Below, one piece after another: positions 38,470 to 48,347 of a stretch of DNA of 64,000 nt. Position 1 is the stretch's first letter, and every line of letters begins with the position of its first letter. The translations under genes were made by a program, and so were the position numbers. The DNA is from a virus (Duplodnaviria; Heunggongvirae; Uroviricota; Caudoviricetes). Where the stretch lies: the IMG/VR virus record IMGVR_UViG_3300033070_001123; one strand, given 5' to 3'. The notes below the pieces were generated by a model. The model had not been told where the DNA came from and did not search any database. It saw nothing but the letters and a program-made list of their open reading frames with translations.

Positions 38470-40354
38470 TTTCGTTCAAACTCCTAATAATTCTCTTAGC
38501 CAGGCTAGACGCTTGAGCGTCAGGATGATCAGGTCCAACATCTTCAACCGGAGGGCGAAGAGGAGGAGGTTGCTTAATAGGCTTTATCGGATCTCTTCCT
38601 ACAAACTGATTAAACGCTTTGTCTGCTCTTTGAACACCTTTTGATTCTGGACTAAGATTCGGTAGCGGATCTTGTTCAGTTAGATTTCCTTCATTATCTT
38701 CAACAATTCTACCTCCCTCGCCAACGATAATTTTCTTCATCTCTACAACTGCGGCAGAAAGAGAAGGTAATCCGCTTCTAACTTCTCTCCAAGGAGAAAG
38801 GATAAGCTTCTTTTGTCCAAGCTTAGTTTCGTAATATCTTTCGCTAGCCATCATTCTTGGTATAGATATTTGTTTTGCAACAACGACAAATGATTGTCTG
38901 TTCGTAACAACAGAACCTCCCCAAAACTCGGGTTCTTCATTTGGAACGTCCTTATATTGAACCATATCTTGCTTACCAACAGTCTTTGCTTGACCAACAT
39001 TGCGGCCTGTTGAAAAATCGGGACCAGCCATGTAAATAATGAAGCCTTCTAAAGCTGTATGAGAGTTTTGAGCCTTGACAATACCGCCATTCTCGTCAAA
39101 AGAATAACGATCAGTCTTTGTGTCAAGCCATTGTTTCAGTTGTTTCAATGCAGGAACAGAATAAGCAAATTCTTCTTTATTCTTCGGGTTCATTATCTTT
39201 TGAACCGTATTCTCGTCATCTACTGAATAAACAAACTTATATCCGCTTGCAACCTCAGAAACATCAAGGTCTTCACCCTGAGCCTGAGCGGTTACTCTAT
39301 AAACCTTACCAAGCGTATTTTTATTAGCTAGAGAGGTTACTTGTTCTTGCGATAAATAAAGCTTCTCGCCAGTAACTCTTTCAACCCTCTCGCCTGTTTC
39401 TTTGTTAATAGCTGGACGACCGCCTGCTCCATATCTTATCTTTTTCTGAAGATACATTGCGCCTGATTCTGGATCTGCAAAAATTCCCCAAATAAATTTA
39501 GCTTGCTCAGGGCTGTTTTTGATAATCATATCAGCATTATTGACGTAACGTATATTCAAAGACTGAGGGTTGAACTGAACGGCAGCAGCCTGCTCGTCAG
39601 GAACAAGGCCTTCTACAGGAGAGACATAAACAGCGCTACGATTCATAATGATAGGATCATTGAAGAATTTCTTCATCGTAATCGTATTCGTAGTAACGGT
39701 TGAATCAAAAACATTTGTAACGCCATGAACGTTTACAATGCCAAATGTAAAACCCTCGCCAGACGGAACAACTTGAAAGTTTCCATTAGTCGAGTTAGGA
39801 TACTCTTTCCCACCAACATTCTCTTGAATCTGACGGGGTATCTTGTTATATTTTTGCGATACATGATACTGAAGACCATTTGCAGCCAAATCTTGATAAG
39901 CATAGCCAAAAATAGAAAACCAATGCTTAGAACCAATACTCTTGTCTATCTTATTTCCGCCAGAAAAGCCTGAAGCGCTCGAAGGAAGCTGTAAGCCATA
40001 CTCTCTCGCAAACTGCGCTGTCTGTAAAAGCTCAGGACGCTCTCTTTGAAGATCTTTAATCTCAGAATCACCAATCAATCGATCTTCAGCATAAGCAATA
40101 CGAAGCATACCAGAGTATTCGTTTGACCTAGCAGCAGGAAACCTCTTAAAAGCCCTATCGAACTCGGCTATTTGCCTCTGTATACTTTGCTTTACAACAT
40201 CTGGTAACTTAGAAAGATGTTGCTTAAGTCTATTTCTATCAAATATATGAAAATCAAGACTTCGATTCTTGATATTGATAGAGCCAGGCATAGCAGGCAT
40301 ATCCGCCTGCTTTAACAAAAGACTACTAATGATTGACTTTGGATCACTACTCAT
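38462..40354 (-). CDS. hypothetical head-module protein
   Basis: 630 aa; ATGA-coupled; LLKQAD motif near the N-terminus. Confidence 0.8.
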   Translation of the reverse strand: MSSDPKSIISSLLLKQADMPAMPGSINIKNRSLDFHIFDRNRLKQHLSKLPDVVKQSIQRQIAEFDRAFKRFPAARSNEYSGMLRIAYAEDRLIGDSEIKDLQRERPELLQTAQFAREYGLQLPSSASGFSGGNKIDKSIGSKHWFSIFGYAYQDLAANGLQYHVSQKYNKIPRQIQENVGGKEYPNSTNGNFQVVPSGEGFTFGIVNVHGVTNVFDSTVTTNTITMKKFFNDPIIMNRSAVYVSPVEGLVPDEQAAAVQFNPQSLNIRYVNNADMIIKNSPEQAKFIWGIFADPESGAMYLQKKIRYGAGGRPAINKETGERVERVTGEKLYLSQEQVTSLANKNTLGKVYRVTAQAQGEDLDVSEVASGYKFVYSVDDENTVQKIMNPKNKEEFAYSVPALKQLKQWLDTKTDRYSFDENGGIVKAQNSHTALEGFIIYMAGPDFSTGRNVGQAKTVGKQDMVQYKDVPNEEPEFWGGSVVTNRQSFVVVAKQISIPRMMASERYYETKLGQKKLILSPWREVRSGLPSLSAAVVEMKKIIVGEGGRIVEDNEGNLTEQDPLPNLSPESKGVQRADKAFNQFVGRDPIKPIKQPPPLRPPVEDVGPDHPDAQASSLAKRIIRSLNENV

Positions 40355-40794
40355 GCCTTAACATGCTCCGGTATATCTGCATTCACAAGAGACTCTCTGT
40401 TATACGGAACTTGACCCTTTGGAACAGGAGTACCCCATCTTTGACTTGCGTAAATAAGCGCACCTTTCATTGTTGGAAAATACTCTCCATAAGGGCTATA
40501 TGTCTTTGTATCAGGATCTTTTGTAAACTCTTCAATAGGAATCTTTTTGATACCTGCAAAGAAAACCTTACCTACATTATGTTGTATAGAAGGACCAACA
40601 ACAACATAATAAATTGAGTTTGTTGTATAATCATGTCCTTCCCATCTATAGTAAGAGCCAGGACCAACTTGTTCTTCGAACTTTTCCTTAAGGGACTTTG
40701 ACCTTTCTCGGTATATTTCTTCCCACTTAATACCGCGGTCCTTTATTCGTTTACGACCCGCAGTTTTTTCCAAGTTGTAAACTAAATCGTTCAT
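40351..40794 (-). CDS. hypothetical head-module protein
   Basis: 147 aa; starts MNDLVYNLEKTAG; ATGA-coupled to the portal gene. Confidence 0.8.
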   Translation of the reverse strand: MNDLVYNLEKTAGRKRIKDRGIKWEEIYRERSKSLKEKFEEQVGPGSYYRWEGHDYTTNSIYYVVVGPSIQHNVGKVFFAGIKKIPIEEFTKDPDTKTYSPYGEYFPTMKGALIYASQRWGTPVPKGQVPYNRESLVNADIPEHVKA

Positions 40795-43064
40795 CCTTGC
40801 TTAGCTCCATTGTCCGTGATATACTTAGAAACGACACATCCTTCAAAAGGACTAAACCCAACAGGTTTATAGTTCGTATTTTCTCCTGCTTGTGCCTTCT
40901 TGGACAAAGCTTTCTTTTCCTTTGACGCCTCTTCGACTTCTTTACGAACAACTTGCTCAACTTTATCTAAGTGTTCGCCAATAGCTTGTTCAGTAAATCG
41001 CAAAACCCTCCAGCCATAGGAAGCAAGAGTCATATCTCTTTCTTTATCCTTCTGTTTATCTTCAACAGAAGAATGCCACTTTTCGCCGTCTACCTCAATA
41101 TCAACACCAAGCTCAGGAATTGCAAAATCCATAAGATAGAAATTGGAATCGCTTGGAACTGGTTGCTTATACTGAGCAAACAATCTAAAAGGCAACTTCA
41201 TGGATAGAAGTGTTCTATACATCTTTGATTCAGGCTTAGTTAACTGTATAGTTGTTGGTCTTACAGTCTGCATTTCGCTTTCTTTAGCTTTAGGAGCCTT
41301 GCCTCTTCTATAAATCTTCCCGTCCCCTCCGCCTGCGGCTACGCCGGGAGCGCCTCCCATACCTCCGCCCATTCCCCCTCCCATACCTCCGCCCATTCCG
41401 CCCATGCCTCCACCCATGCCACCCATGCCGCCCATACCGCCGCCCATGCCGCCCGTTGGGTCCATGCCAGGAGCGCCGCCCATGCCGCCCGTTGGGTCCA
41501 TGCCAGGAGCGCCGCCCATGCCGCCGCCACCCAGGCCGCCACCCAGGCCGCCGCCGCCCATAAGTTGACCGTTTTGCATGGCTTGTACTTGTTCGTTTCT
41601 AATTCTTTCTGTTTCTAGATCATAGTCCAAATCAAACTCTTCCAAAAGAGTCTGAGCAGAAATTAGACCGCTCTGCTGCATCTGTAAGAACATTTGAAGC
41701 TGATTAGTATTGTCTCTAAGCCTAAGATCTTCCCATTTAACTTTCGGGAACAAATAAACCGTTTCTCCAAATTCTTCAGAAGCCTCTTCATCAATAAAGC
41801 CTTGCATCTTAGCAACAGGAAGGAAAATGTGCTTCTCAATCCATTGAGCAAGCTCGTTTCTCCAAGACTCCAAACGACGGATCATAACCTCAACACCAAC
41901 CTGAGCGGAGTTATAGCCAGCCATCTCTCCATTCAAAAGAGTTTGATTGAGCATGAGACCGTCCAAGATTTCTTTACCAACATATTCAAGTTCTTGATTA
42001 ATGTTGTGTATCTTGCCGCTTGCTCCATACCATTCGTAATCAAAGTTATTATGAGTTACAATGGTAAGATTAGGGTCGTTAGCGACCGCAGCAAGCTGAG
42101 CAGATACGTCCGCAATTGCGTCATCGTCTGCTGGCCTCTCGTCCGAACCAACCTTAACAACTCTAACCGGAAGTATGAGTCTTTCAGCAACAATCCAGTT
42201 TGCTGTCATAAGCTTTGTTTTGTATGCCAAAACAGTAAACAATCTACGAAGAAGAGATTCTCCATAAGTTCCATAAGGGCTTCCGCCATGCTTTACATGG
42301 CTCGTAACTCTATTAGAAAGCAGAATAGGCCTCTTAGCCATAATCTGAACTTTGATGTTATCTGGAATTTGATCATACAAAAACTTAGGTTGCTTTGTTT
42401 GAATAATTCTTTGAAGCTCTTCATCTGGCAAAAGAACAATCTGAGGCTCTTGCGAAATAGGAGTCTTCATTACCTCAATCCAATCTGGATTAAGAACGGT
42501 TAGTTTACTTATAGAGCCGTCAGGGTGATTGCATGGCTCATTCTTTTCAGAATCAATGCCAGTACCCTTACAATGAGGACACTCAATTTCGGTCATTACG
42601 AAAACATCGCCAAGAAGAAAACGCTGATGACTTACCATTCTAAGCCAGTACATCAACTCTATTTTCTCAATAAGCCTCTCGAAGAAACGTAATACGCTCT
42701 TCTTCTTGCATTCAAGTTTTAGACCGTTAATGGGGAACTGCGAGTAAAAATCTATACCAGCAGCAACCTTTGGTTCGTTTTCATAATAGAACCTCGCCCA
42801 TTGATAGACTTCTTTTCTCTTGCTTGCAATCTGCCAATTCTGAGGAGTATGCAAAGGCGAAAAGAACATGGGCTGAGCCATGATAACGTTAGCACCTGAT
42901 CCCGCAAACTGAGCAGCCTTTGTAATTGGAACGCTAACAACGCTAGAAGTAGAATACGGCTTAGCTGTTGCGTCTCCGTCCTTCATAACAACACCCTTAG
43001 CAGAAGCTATCTTACTAACAGCTTGCTTATTCGGGAGTTGCATCTTGATTGGTTTATCTGCCAT
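40791..43064 (-). CDS. portal protein with a Zn-finger insert, Gly/Met linker and C-terminal DUF559/Vsr-like endonuclease domain
   Basis: Portal-like core (ARFYYENEPKVAAGIDFY, PYGESLLRRLF, ELAQWIEKHIFLPVA); CPHCKGTG insert; C-terminal LMDFAIPELGVDIEVDGEKWHS...DKERDMTLASYGWRVLRF. Confidence 0.8.
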   Translation of the reverse strand: MADKPIKMQLPNKQAVSKIASAKGVVMKDGDATAKPYSTSSVVSVPITKAAQFAGSGANVIMAQPMFFSPLHTPQNWQIASKRKEVYQWARFYYENEPKVAAGIDFYSQFPINGLKLECKKKSVLRFFERLIEKIELMYWLRMVSHQRFLLGDVFVMTEIECPHCKGTGIDSEKNEPCNHPDGSISKLTVLNPDWIEVMKTPISQEPQIVLLPDEELQRIIQTKQPKFLYDQIPDNIKVQIMAKRPILLSNRVTSHVKHGGSPYGTYGESLLRRLFTVLAYKTKLMTANWIVAERLILPVRVVKVGSDERPADDDAIADVSAQLAAVANDPNLTIVTHNNFDYEWYGASGKIHNINQELEYVGKEILDGLMLNQTLLNGEMAGYNSAQVGVEVMIRRLESWRNELAQWIEKHIFLPVAKMQGFIDEEASEEFGETVYLFPKVKWEDLRLRDNTNQLQMFLQMQQSGLISAQTLLEEFDLDYDLETERIRNEQVQAMQNGQLMGGGGLGGGLGGGGMGGAPGMDPTGGMGGAPGMDPTGGMGGGMGGMGGMGGGMGGMGGGMGGGMGGGMGGAPGVAAGGGDGKIYRRGKAPKAKESEMQTVRPTTIQLTKPESKMYRTLLSMKLPFRLFAQYKQPVPSDSNFYLMDFAIPELGVDIEVDGEKWHSSVEDKQKDKERDMTLASYGWRVLRFTEQAIGEHLDKVEQVVRKEVEEASKEKKALSKKAQAGENTNYKPVGFSPFEGCVVSKYITDNGAKQG
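41441..41525. repeat. 36-bp tandem repeat (two full copies plus a partial) encoding GGMGGAPGMDPT within the portal Gly/Met tract
   Basis: CGCCCATGCCGCCCGTTGGGTCCATGCCAGGAGCGC repeated directly. Confidence 0.85.
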
Positions 43065-43075
43065 ATATCATCCTG

Positions 43076-43495
43076 TTATAGACCCAAATGATTCGCTGAT
43101 CTCTCGACGTTGGATAAATGATTTTCGTCAACAACTTGAATGTCGTCGTCCGAAATCCTCTTCCTATTTGGTTTCATCGGTTTAACTGCCGGATTCGTTG
43201 TTCTTGGAATCAAAGATTGGGCCGCAGCAAGGACTGGAACGTGAACCTTGTTAATAGGAACACCCCTCATGAGCGTCTCATGAGGGTTTTGGCCTTTTTG
43301 CTCGCCTTGTTGATCTCTTTTTCTTTGCTTAGGAAGCGCTCTTATTTTTGCAATATCCGCTCCGCAGTTAGCGCATACAACAGCAGTCGGAGTGTTATCC
43401 GAACTGCATGTTGGACATACTTTTTCGAGAGCTAGAGGCTTAACTTTGTCTATGGGAGGAAGAGATGGTATCTTAGGAAGAGACTGAGCTATCAC
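43076..43495 (-). CDS. double zinc-ribbon protein
   Basis: CPTC-x10-CANC motif. Confidence 0.7.
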   Translation of the reverse strand: MIAQSLPKIPSLPPIDKVKPLALEKVCPTCSSDNTPTAVVCANCGADIAKIRALPKQRKRDQQGEQKGQNPHETLMRGVPINKVHVPVLAAAQSLIPRTTNPAVKPMKPNRKRISDDDIQVVDENHLSNVERSANHLGL

Positions 43496-44715
43496 TTTTT
43501 TTTTACAGAAGCTTCTTTCCAGTTGTAAGGCTTAGCTTCTATATCTGTTGGCTCATATCCCCTGTCCTCTGCCATCTTCTTTCTTGAAGCTTCCATGCGA
43601 GCCTCTATAGTCGCAAACTCTGGCAAATATGGACGACGACGCTGCCCTGGCAACAACTGCAAATTATTACCTTCTGGAACATTACGGTCTACATCAAACC
43701 TCTTGTTGATATAACCGCCAACCCATTCTCCCTTATCATTACGATAAGGTTGGCTATACTTATCCATTATGTTGCCGCGCCAGAAAGTTTCAAAATCGAA
43801 CGCTCTATCGTCGAAAATGAAGTTATGGTCTCGACCTCTAATCCAACTGTGCCACTCGCTACCGAGAAGTCCTGTATTGCTATGAGGGAAAACTCTTCTA
43901 GATTCTGGACCGAAGTTGATAAATTCACTTCCGCCGCTTCTATTAACACCATATTGAGCTTCTTTCTTTAGATTGTAAGAAGCTTTCTTATTAAGTTTTT
44001 GAGACGAAGCAGCTTTCTTTGCAAACGCTTCAATAATCTTCAATGTTTCATTTACAGCATTTTCTGCTGAAGCTTGAGTATAAGTCGCATCCACTGTTTC
44101 TTCCCCTTGTCCTCTGCCGTGAATGGCTTTGAAAACTTCTGCCGCTATAATTGTCTTGTCGGCAGGATCTCTTTCTGGTTCGTAATATCTCTGAACAGCA
44201 TCTCTAACAAGAGATTGACTATCAGTAGGAGCAGATTGAACTATTTCATTTACAAACTCAGGATTATCCGCATTCTGATCCAACAAGGCTTGAAGCTCTT
44301 GCGGACTATTAAACTGAGACTGCAAATCTGCTTGAGGCTGTTCCATTGAAGGATCAGCCATTGGGTCGGCTGCGGGTTCTCCCATTGGAAGCCCAGCAGA
44401 ATCTCCCATCATTGGGTCTGCTTGAAATTGAGCAACCTTTGCTAAGCTAAAATAAGAAGCCATAACAGGAACTCCGCTAACGTCGTTTACATCAAGTTGT
44501 TCTTGATCAACGCCTTCGATTCCCTGAGAAGCCTCTTCTTGAGCCATTTCTAATTCCTGCCTTAGTGTATCCAAAAAGTTCTGTTGTTCAAACTTTGGCC
44601 TTGTTGGATCAACACCAGGATTGATAGCCTGAAGGTTATTATTGGCTTGCTGAGCAAGTCCAAGATTAGCCTTTTCGATTCCATTAGCAGCAGATGGTCC
44701 TGGCGTTACAGGCAT
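43492..44715 (-). CDS. hypothetical head-module protein
   Basis: 407 aa; contains FSLAKVAQ and YNLKKEAQ. Confidence 0.8.
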   Translation of the reverse strand: MPVTPGPSAANGIEKANLGLAQQANNNLQAINPGVDPTRPKFEQQNFLDTLRQELEMAQEEASQGIEGVDQEQLDVNDVSGVPVMASYFSLAKVAQFQADPMMGDSAGLPMGEPAADPMADPSMEQPQADLQSQFNSPQELQALLDQNADNPEFVNEIVQSAPTDSQSLVRDAVQRYYEPERDPADKTIIAAEVFKAIHGRGQGEETVDATYTQASAENAVNETLKIIEAFAKKAASSQKLNKKASYNLKKEAQYGVNRSGGSEFINFGPESRRVFPHSNTGLLGSEWHSWIRGRDHNFIFDDRAFDFETFWRGNIMDKYSQPYRNDKGEWVGGYINKRFDVDRNVPEGNNLQLLPGQRRRPYLPEFATIEARMEASRKKMAEDRGYEPTDIEAKPYNWKEASVKKK

Positions 44716-44718
44716 TCG

Positions 44719-45495
44719 TTACTCCTTATTTCTTTCGGACAAAACCTTGAACAATCTAGAAGTTGCATCGTCATGAACGCTCTTGTAAGAAGAGTCTTTC
44801 TTCTGATCAACTATACCGTCAACAAATCTGTTAGTCATGTCCTTCGAAGAAGCAACTTTCTTGTTACCAAGATGACTTGCCTTCTTTACTTCTTGCTTTG
44901 CAACCTTCGGGCTAACCCTATTCTCAATAGCTGTTAGTCTATCAAAATTCAAGTTACTATCAAACATGCTAAGTCTATTCGAAGGAACCCATCCCTTGCC
45001 GCTACTCTTAGCAGAAGTAGGATTTACAGAAGAAGACTTTTGAGCAAGGGCGTCAGCGTCTTCGCCAAGCTTCGGACTCATACTTTGCTTATATTCTGCT
45101 TGCTTCTTTTGACGAATTCTATCAGACGAAGCCTTCTCTTCTGCGGTTGCTTCTCTAGAAGAAAGACTTTCCGCCTTCTTTCCGAGAACATCAGAATCCC
45201 AAACAGAGTTATTGCTTTCGCAACCAATCTGTTTTGTTGGACCACCCATATCAGTAATACCACCCTTGCTTGCGCAACGAGAAGGCCTTACACTTGAAAC
45301 ACCGCGAGCAATAGGATTGTTATATTCAGCAACTCTATTCTCTTGCTTAGCCCAAGAACGATCTTTCTCAATCTTCTTGGCCTGCTTCATTTCAGGCTGT
45401 CTCTCATTAACTTCTTTACGATAATCAACCTTCTTATCTGGCGTTCCGAGAAGAGCATCAACAAGGCTTGATTTTTGAGCTTGTTTACGAATCAT
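44719..45495 (-). CDS. hypothetical head-module protein
   Basis: 258 aa; starts MIRKQAQ. Confidence 0.8.
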   Translation of the reverse strand: MIRKQAQKSSLVDALLGTPDKKVDYRKEVNERQPEMKQAKKIEKDRSWAKQENRVAEYNNPIARGVSSVRPSRCASKGGITDMGGPTKQIGCESNNSVWDSDVLGKKAESLSSREATAEEKASSDRIRQKKQAEYKQSMSPKLGEDADALAQKSSSVNPTSAKSSGKGWVPSNRLSMFDSNLNFDRLTAIENRVSPKVAKQEVKKASHLGNKKVASSKDMTNRFVDGIVDQKKDSSYKSVHDDATSRLFKVLSERNKE

Positions 45496-46271
45496 CTTTT
45501 ACCTCCAAAACCGCTCTTCATAAGAGAGGCTAGAATTTCGTTGTGACTTTGCTTGATAAGAGAATGCTTAGACTCTGCGACCTTTCTCTCACCATGATCT
45601 GTATTACCCGCTCCGCTACCATACATCTGCTCTAGTCCATTGAGAGCAGGAGTTTCGTCAACTGAAGCAGATAGAGGATTTACGTCAAATACATAAACAT
45701 CCTCGCCCATACCCATCTCTGTTGGAACAATCTCAAACTCATGGTTATTTGCTATTTCCTTCAAAGACTGATACGCCTCTGTATATTGTATAACATGGCG
45801 CTGACCATCTGGGCCAATCCACCAACCAGGTATTTCAATACGACCTTTACCTGTTGTTGGAGCTATCTTAAACATTCGGTCAAGCATCTTTCGTTTATTC
45901 TTATCTCTTGTAATAAGCTGCATATTGATATTGAACTTTTGAACAAATCCTGTAAAGTCTTCTTTGAAGGCCTGAATGTTCTCAATGTTCTTAGCAATAG
46001 CTTGCTTTGGGTCTTGTTGCTGTTGAGAGCCTGGAAACTTTAGAGAATTCGCAAGCTGCTGTTGATTTGGAACTGCTGGTTTTGCCGTTGGCTTTTGCTG
46101 TTGTTGGAGTGTATTATCAAGCTTAGCCATTGGGTTAAAGTCACCACCCTCAGCAGGCTTTGCCGCAGGAGTTATATCCTCCTGTTGAATCCCCTCTCTT
46201 GGAGGAGGACTCCCTGGCTTGGCTTGCTGAGCCGTAACTGTTCTTTTAGTACCGCTCGGGACAATGCGCAT
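45492..46271 (-). CDS. hypothetical head-module protein
   Basis: 259 aa; Q/P-rich N-terminal half. Confidence 0.75.
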   Translation of the reverse strand: MRIVPSGTKRTVTAQQAKPGSPPPREGIQQEDITPAAKPAEGGDFNPMAKLDNTLQQQQKPTAKPAVPNQQQLANSLKFPGSQQQQDPKQAIAKNIENIQAFKEDFTGFVQKFNINMQLITRDKNKRKMLDRMFKIAPTTGKGRIEIPGWWIGPDGQRHVIQYTEAYQSLKEIANNHEFEIVPTEMGMGEDVYVFDVNPLSASVDETPALNGLEQMYGSGAGNTDHGERKVAESKHSLIKQSHNEILASLMKSGFGGKR

Positions 46272-46298
46272 TACGAACTCCTAATTGTTGGAAGAGAT

Positions 46299-46976
46299 TT
46301 ACTTATCAGCGAACATTGCGTCAACGTACTCAGATGGGTAAAGCTTCTTCCAGTAGTTCTTCCATTCATTCTTAGTCTTGGAGTCAAGGTTTGCAATGCG
46401 AACCATTCTACGAGAAGTAGAAGCTTCCTTCTTCTCCTCAGCCTTAGCCTCGCTCTTACCTTCAGACTTCTTAGAGCCTTCGCTACCGTCGCCGCTCGTT
46501 GGAGCGCCGCAACACTTATCAACCTCATGGGTTACGCCCTTATTCTCTGCTGGAATTTCAGAGTTATCAGCCTTCTTCGCAACAGAAGCCTTCTTCTTTT
46601 CGCCTTCTGGCTTGCCGGTATTTGTGCCGCCAACAGGATCCATTTCCTGCTTCTTGACATGCATTTCGCCGTCCTTTTCCTTGCAGCACTCGTCCTTAGC
46701 AACCTTAACTTCCTTCTCAGCAAAAGCGTTGCAGGACTCCTTTTCTGTACCTTCAGCCTTCTCTACTCCCTTGTCGTCCTTCTTCTCTTCATTCTTACCG
46801 AATGGAGGAGCTTTCTTGTCGCCAAGGTTAGCAATATTGGCAGTCTTTTCGGCCTTCTCTGGTGCAGCAGTTGAAGCTGTCTTGGAGAAAGCTACGTTAC
46901 TTGCAGCGAGCTTTTGTACAAATTCGCCGAAGTTCTGGGCCTTACCAGTCGAGATCTTGTTCGTATAAAACTTCAT
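46299..46976 (-). CDS. K/E-rich scaffold-like protein with a C-terminal YWxxLYP motif
   Basis: 225 aa; multiple K-x-A motifs; ends NYWKKLYPSEYVDAMFADK; SD AAGGAG. Confidence 0.75.
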   Translation of the reverse strand: MKFYTNKISTGKAQNFGEFVQKLAASNVAFSKTASTAAPEKAEKTANIANLGDKKAPPFGKNEEKKDDKGVEKAEGTEKESCNAFAEKEVKVAKDECCKEKDGEMHVKKQEMDPVGGTNTGKPEGEKKKASVAKKADNSEIPAENKGVTHEVDKCCGAPTSGDGSEGSKKSEGKSEAKAEEKKEASTSRRMVRIANLDSKTKNEWKNYWKKLYPSEYVDAMFADK

Positions 46977-47057
46977 ATCAATACACTCCTTTGGATCTAA
47001 TGGCTATTTTAGCCTGTTCTTGATTTCTGGTTATCTTCCAAAATTCCTTCTTTTCAG

Positions 47058-48332
47058 CTAAGGTTTTCTTGGAGCAAACTTACCTTTGTTTCTTGGTTGT
47101 TGCGGACGACCTCCGGGTGCTGCTGGAGGAGTAGTTCCTGGAGTAGCGGGAGCAGGGTTGTTAATTCCTGGTCCTGTAATAGAACTAGAAGAAGGGCCTC
47201 CTGATGGACCGCTAAAAGTCGATCCCGTTGGCATTGTTCCAATAGGATTACCTGCTGGCGCAGCGGGAGCAGCCCCTCCTAACGGATTAGAAGATGCTGC
47301 TGGATTAACTCCAGGCACTGCGGGCGGCGTTCCGCCTGCTGGAGAACCGCTTGGAGCGGCTGGAGCAGAAGGAGCGCCTCCCGATGGAGAACCGCCATAA
47401 TTACCTCTCAGTATAGAATTCAAAGAAGTTAGAGTATTAGGCCAGTTCTGCATTACGCCTTGAATATTTTTTGCCTTTATCAATCCTGAAACATTACTAA
47501 GATGTTGAATCGCTGTTGAAGCTTGTTGTTTTTGCTGAGGAGTTGAATTTGGATCATTCGCAACTGTATTTAGCTCTTGCGATAAAGAAGAAATGTTACC
47601 AGAAAGCTGTCCCCAAGTCTGATTAGCTTGTCCATAAGCTTTCTTGAATTCTTCAAAGTTGCTATTCAATTGCTTAATAGATGAACTTAACTTTCCAGTA
47701 TAAGCCTGATTACTACCCCAGTTCTTAACGCCTTGTCCAACGCCCTTAAAAAAGTCCATTATACCAGCTTCTTTTACCATTTCTTCAGCAGCGGCTGTAA
47801 GCTTTTCAGCTATTTCTTGGTTAGAAACAAGTCTAGACGCAATATCCATGATTTCATTGCTTGCGGAAATCATAAGCTCATTTGGTTCATTTGCAACTTC
47901 TTCAATAGAAGCATAAACAGCAGAACCAATATCTAAACCTTCCGCAACCTTCTCTTCAACCTTGCTAGCAATCTTTGCGTTGACTTCTTGAGAGAAAGCA
48001 TGAAGCTCAGAACCAACCTTAATGTTACTTTCTGAGCCTGCGTATTTGTCCCACTTAGAGCCGTCATTGTTCAATGACTCAACGTATTCTTTATGGCATT
48101 CAGTCCAAACCTGTTGAGCAGACTTATTTGGAGAAGAAGTTCTCTTTTGCCTATAGCAATTACCCCAACATCTGGAGTTTCTAATAGCATAGCCCTGTAT
48201 ACCAACATACTGAGCCGTTTTGACATCAAAAGTCGTATTTGCAACCTTATCAACCTTATCTGCTATAGCTCGTAAGCCTTGAGCGTCAAGCGCTTCTGCT
48301 GCTTCAACAAGCAATCGAATGATATTATCCAT
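47058..48332 (-). CDS. hypothetical head-module protein (coiled coil, Pro/Gly tail)
   Basis: 424 aa; FDVKTAQ followed by a Cys motif RCWGNCY...TECH; MVKEAG. Confidence 0.8.
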   Translation of the reverse strand: MDNIIRLLVEAAEALDAQGLRAIADKVDKVANTTFDVKTAQYVGIQGYAIRNSRCWGNCYRQKRTSSPNKSAQQVWTECHKEYVESLNNDGSKWDKYAGSESNIKVGSELHAFSQEVNAKIASKVEEKVAEGLDIGSAVYASIEEVANEPNELMISASNEIMDIASRLVSNQEIAEKLTAAAEEMVKEAGIMDFFKGVGQGVKNWGSNQAYTGKLSSSIKQLNSNFEEFKKAYGQANQTWGQLSGNISSLSQELNTVANDPNSTPQQKQQASTAIQHLSNVSGLIKAKNIQGVMQNWPNTLTSLNSILRGNYGGSPSGGAPSAPAAPSGSPAGGTPPAVPGVNPAASSNPLGGAAPAAPAGNPIGTMPTGSTFSGPSGGPSSSSITGPGINNPAPATPGTTPPAAPGGRPQQPRNKGKFAPRKP

Positions 48333-48347
48333 TTTGAATAGGCTCCT

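Noticed and set aside
41330-41570. GC-rich repeats as a CRISPR array or mobile element
   Set aside because: Contiguous in-frame repeats without spacers that encode the Gly/Met linker of the portal.
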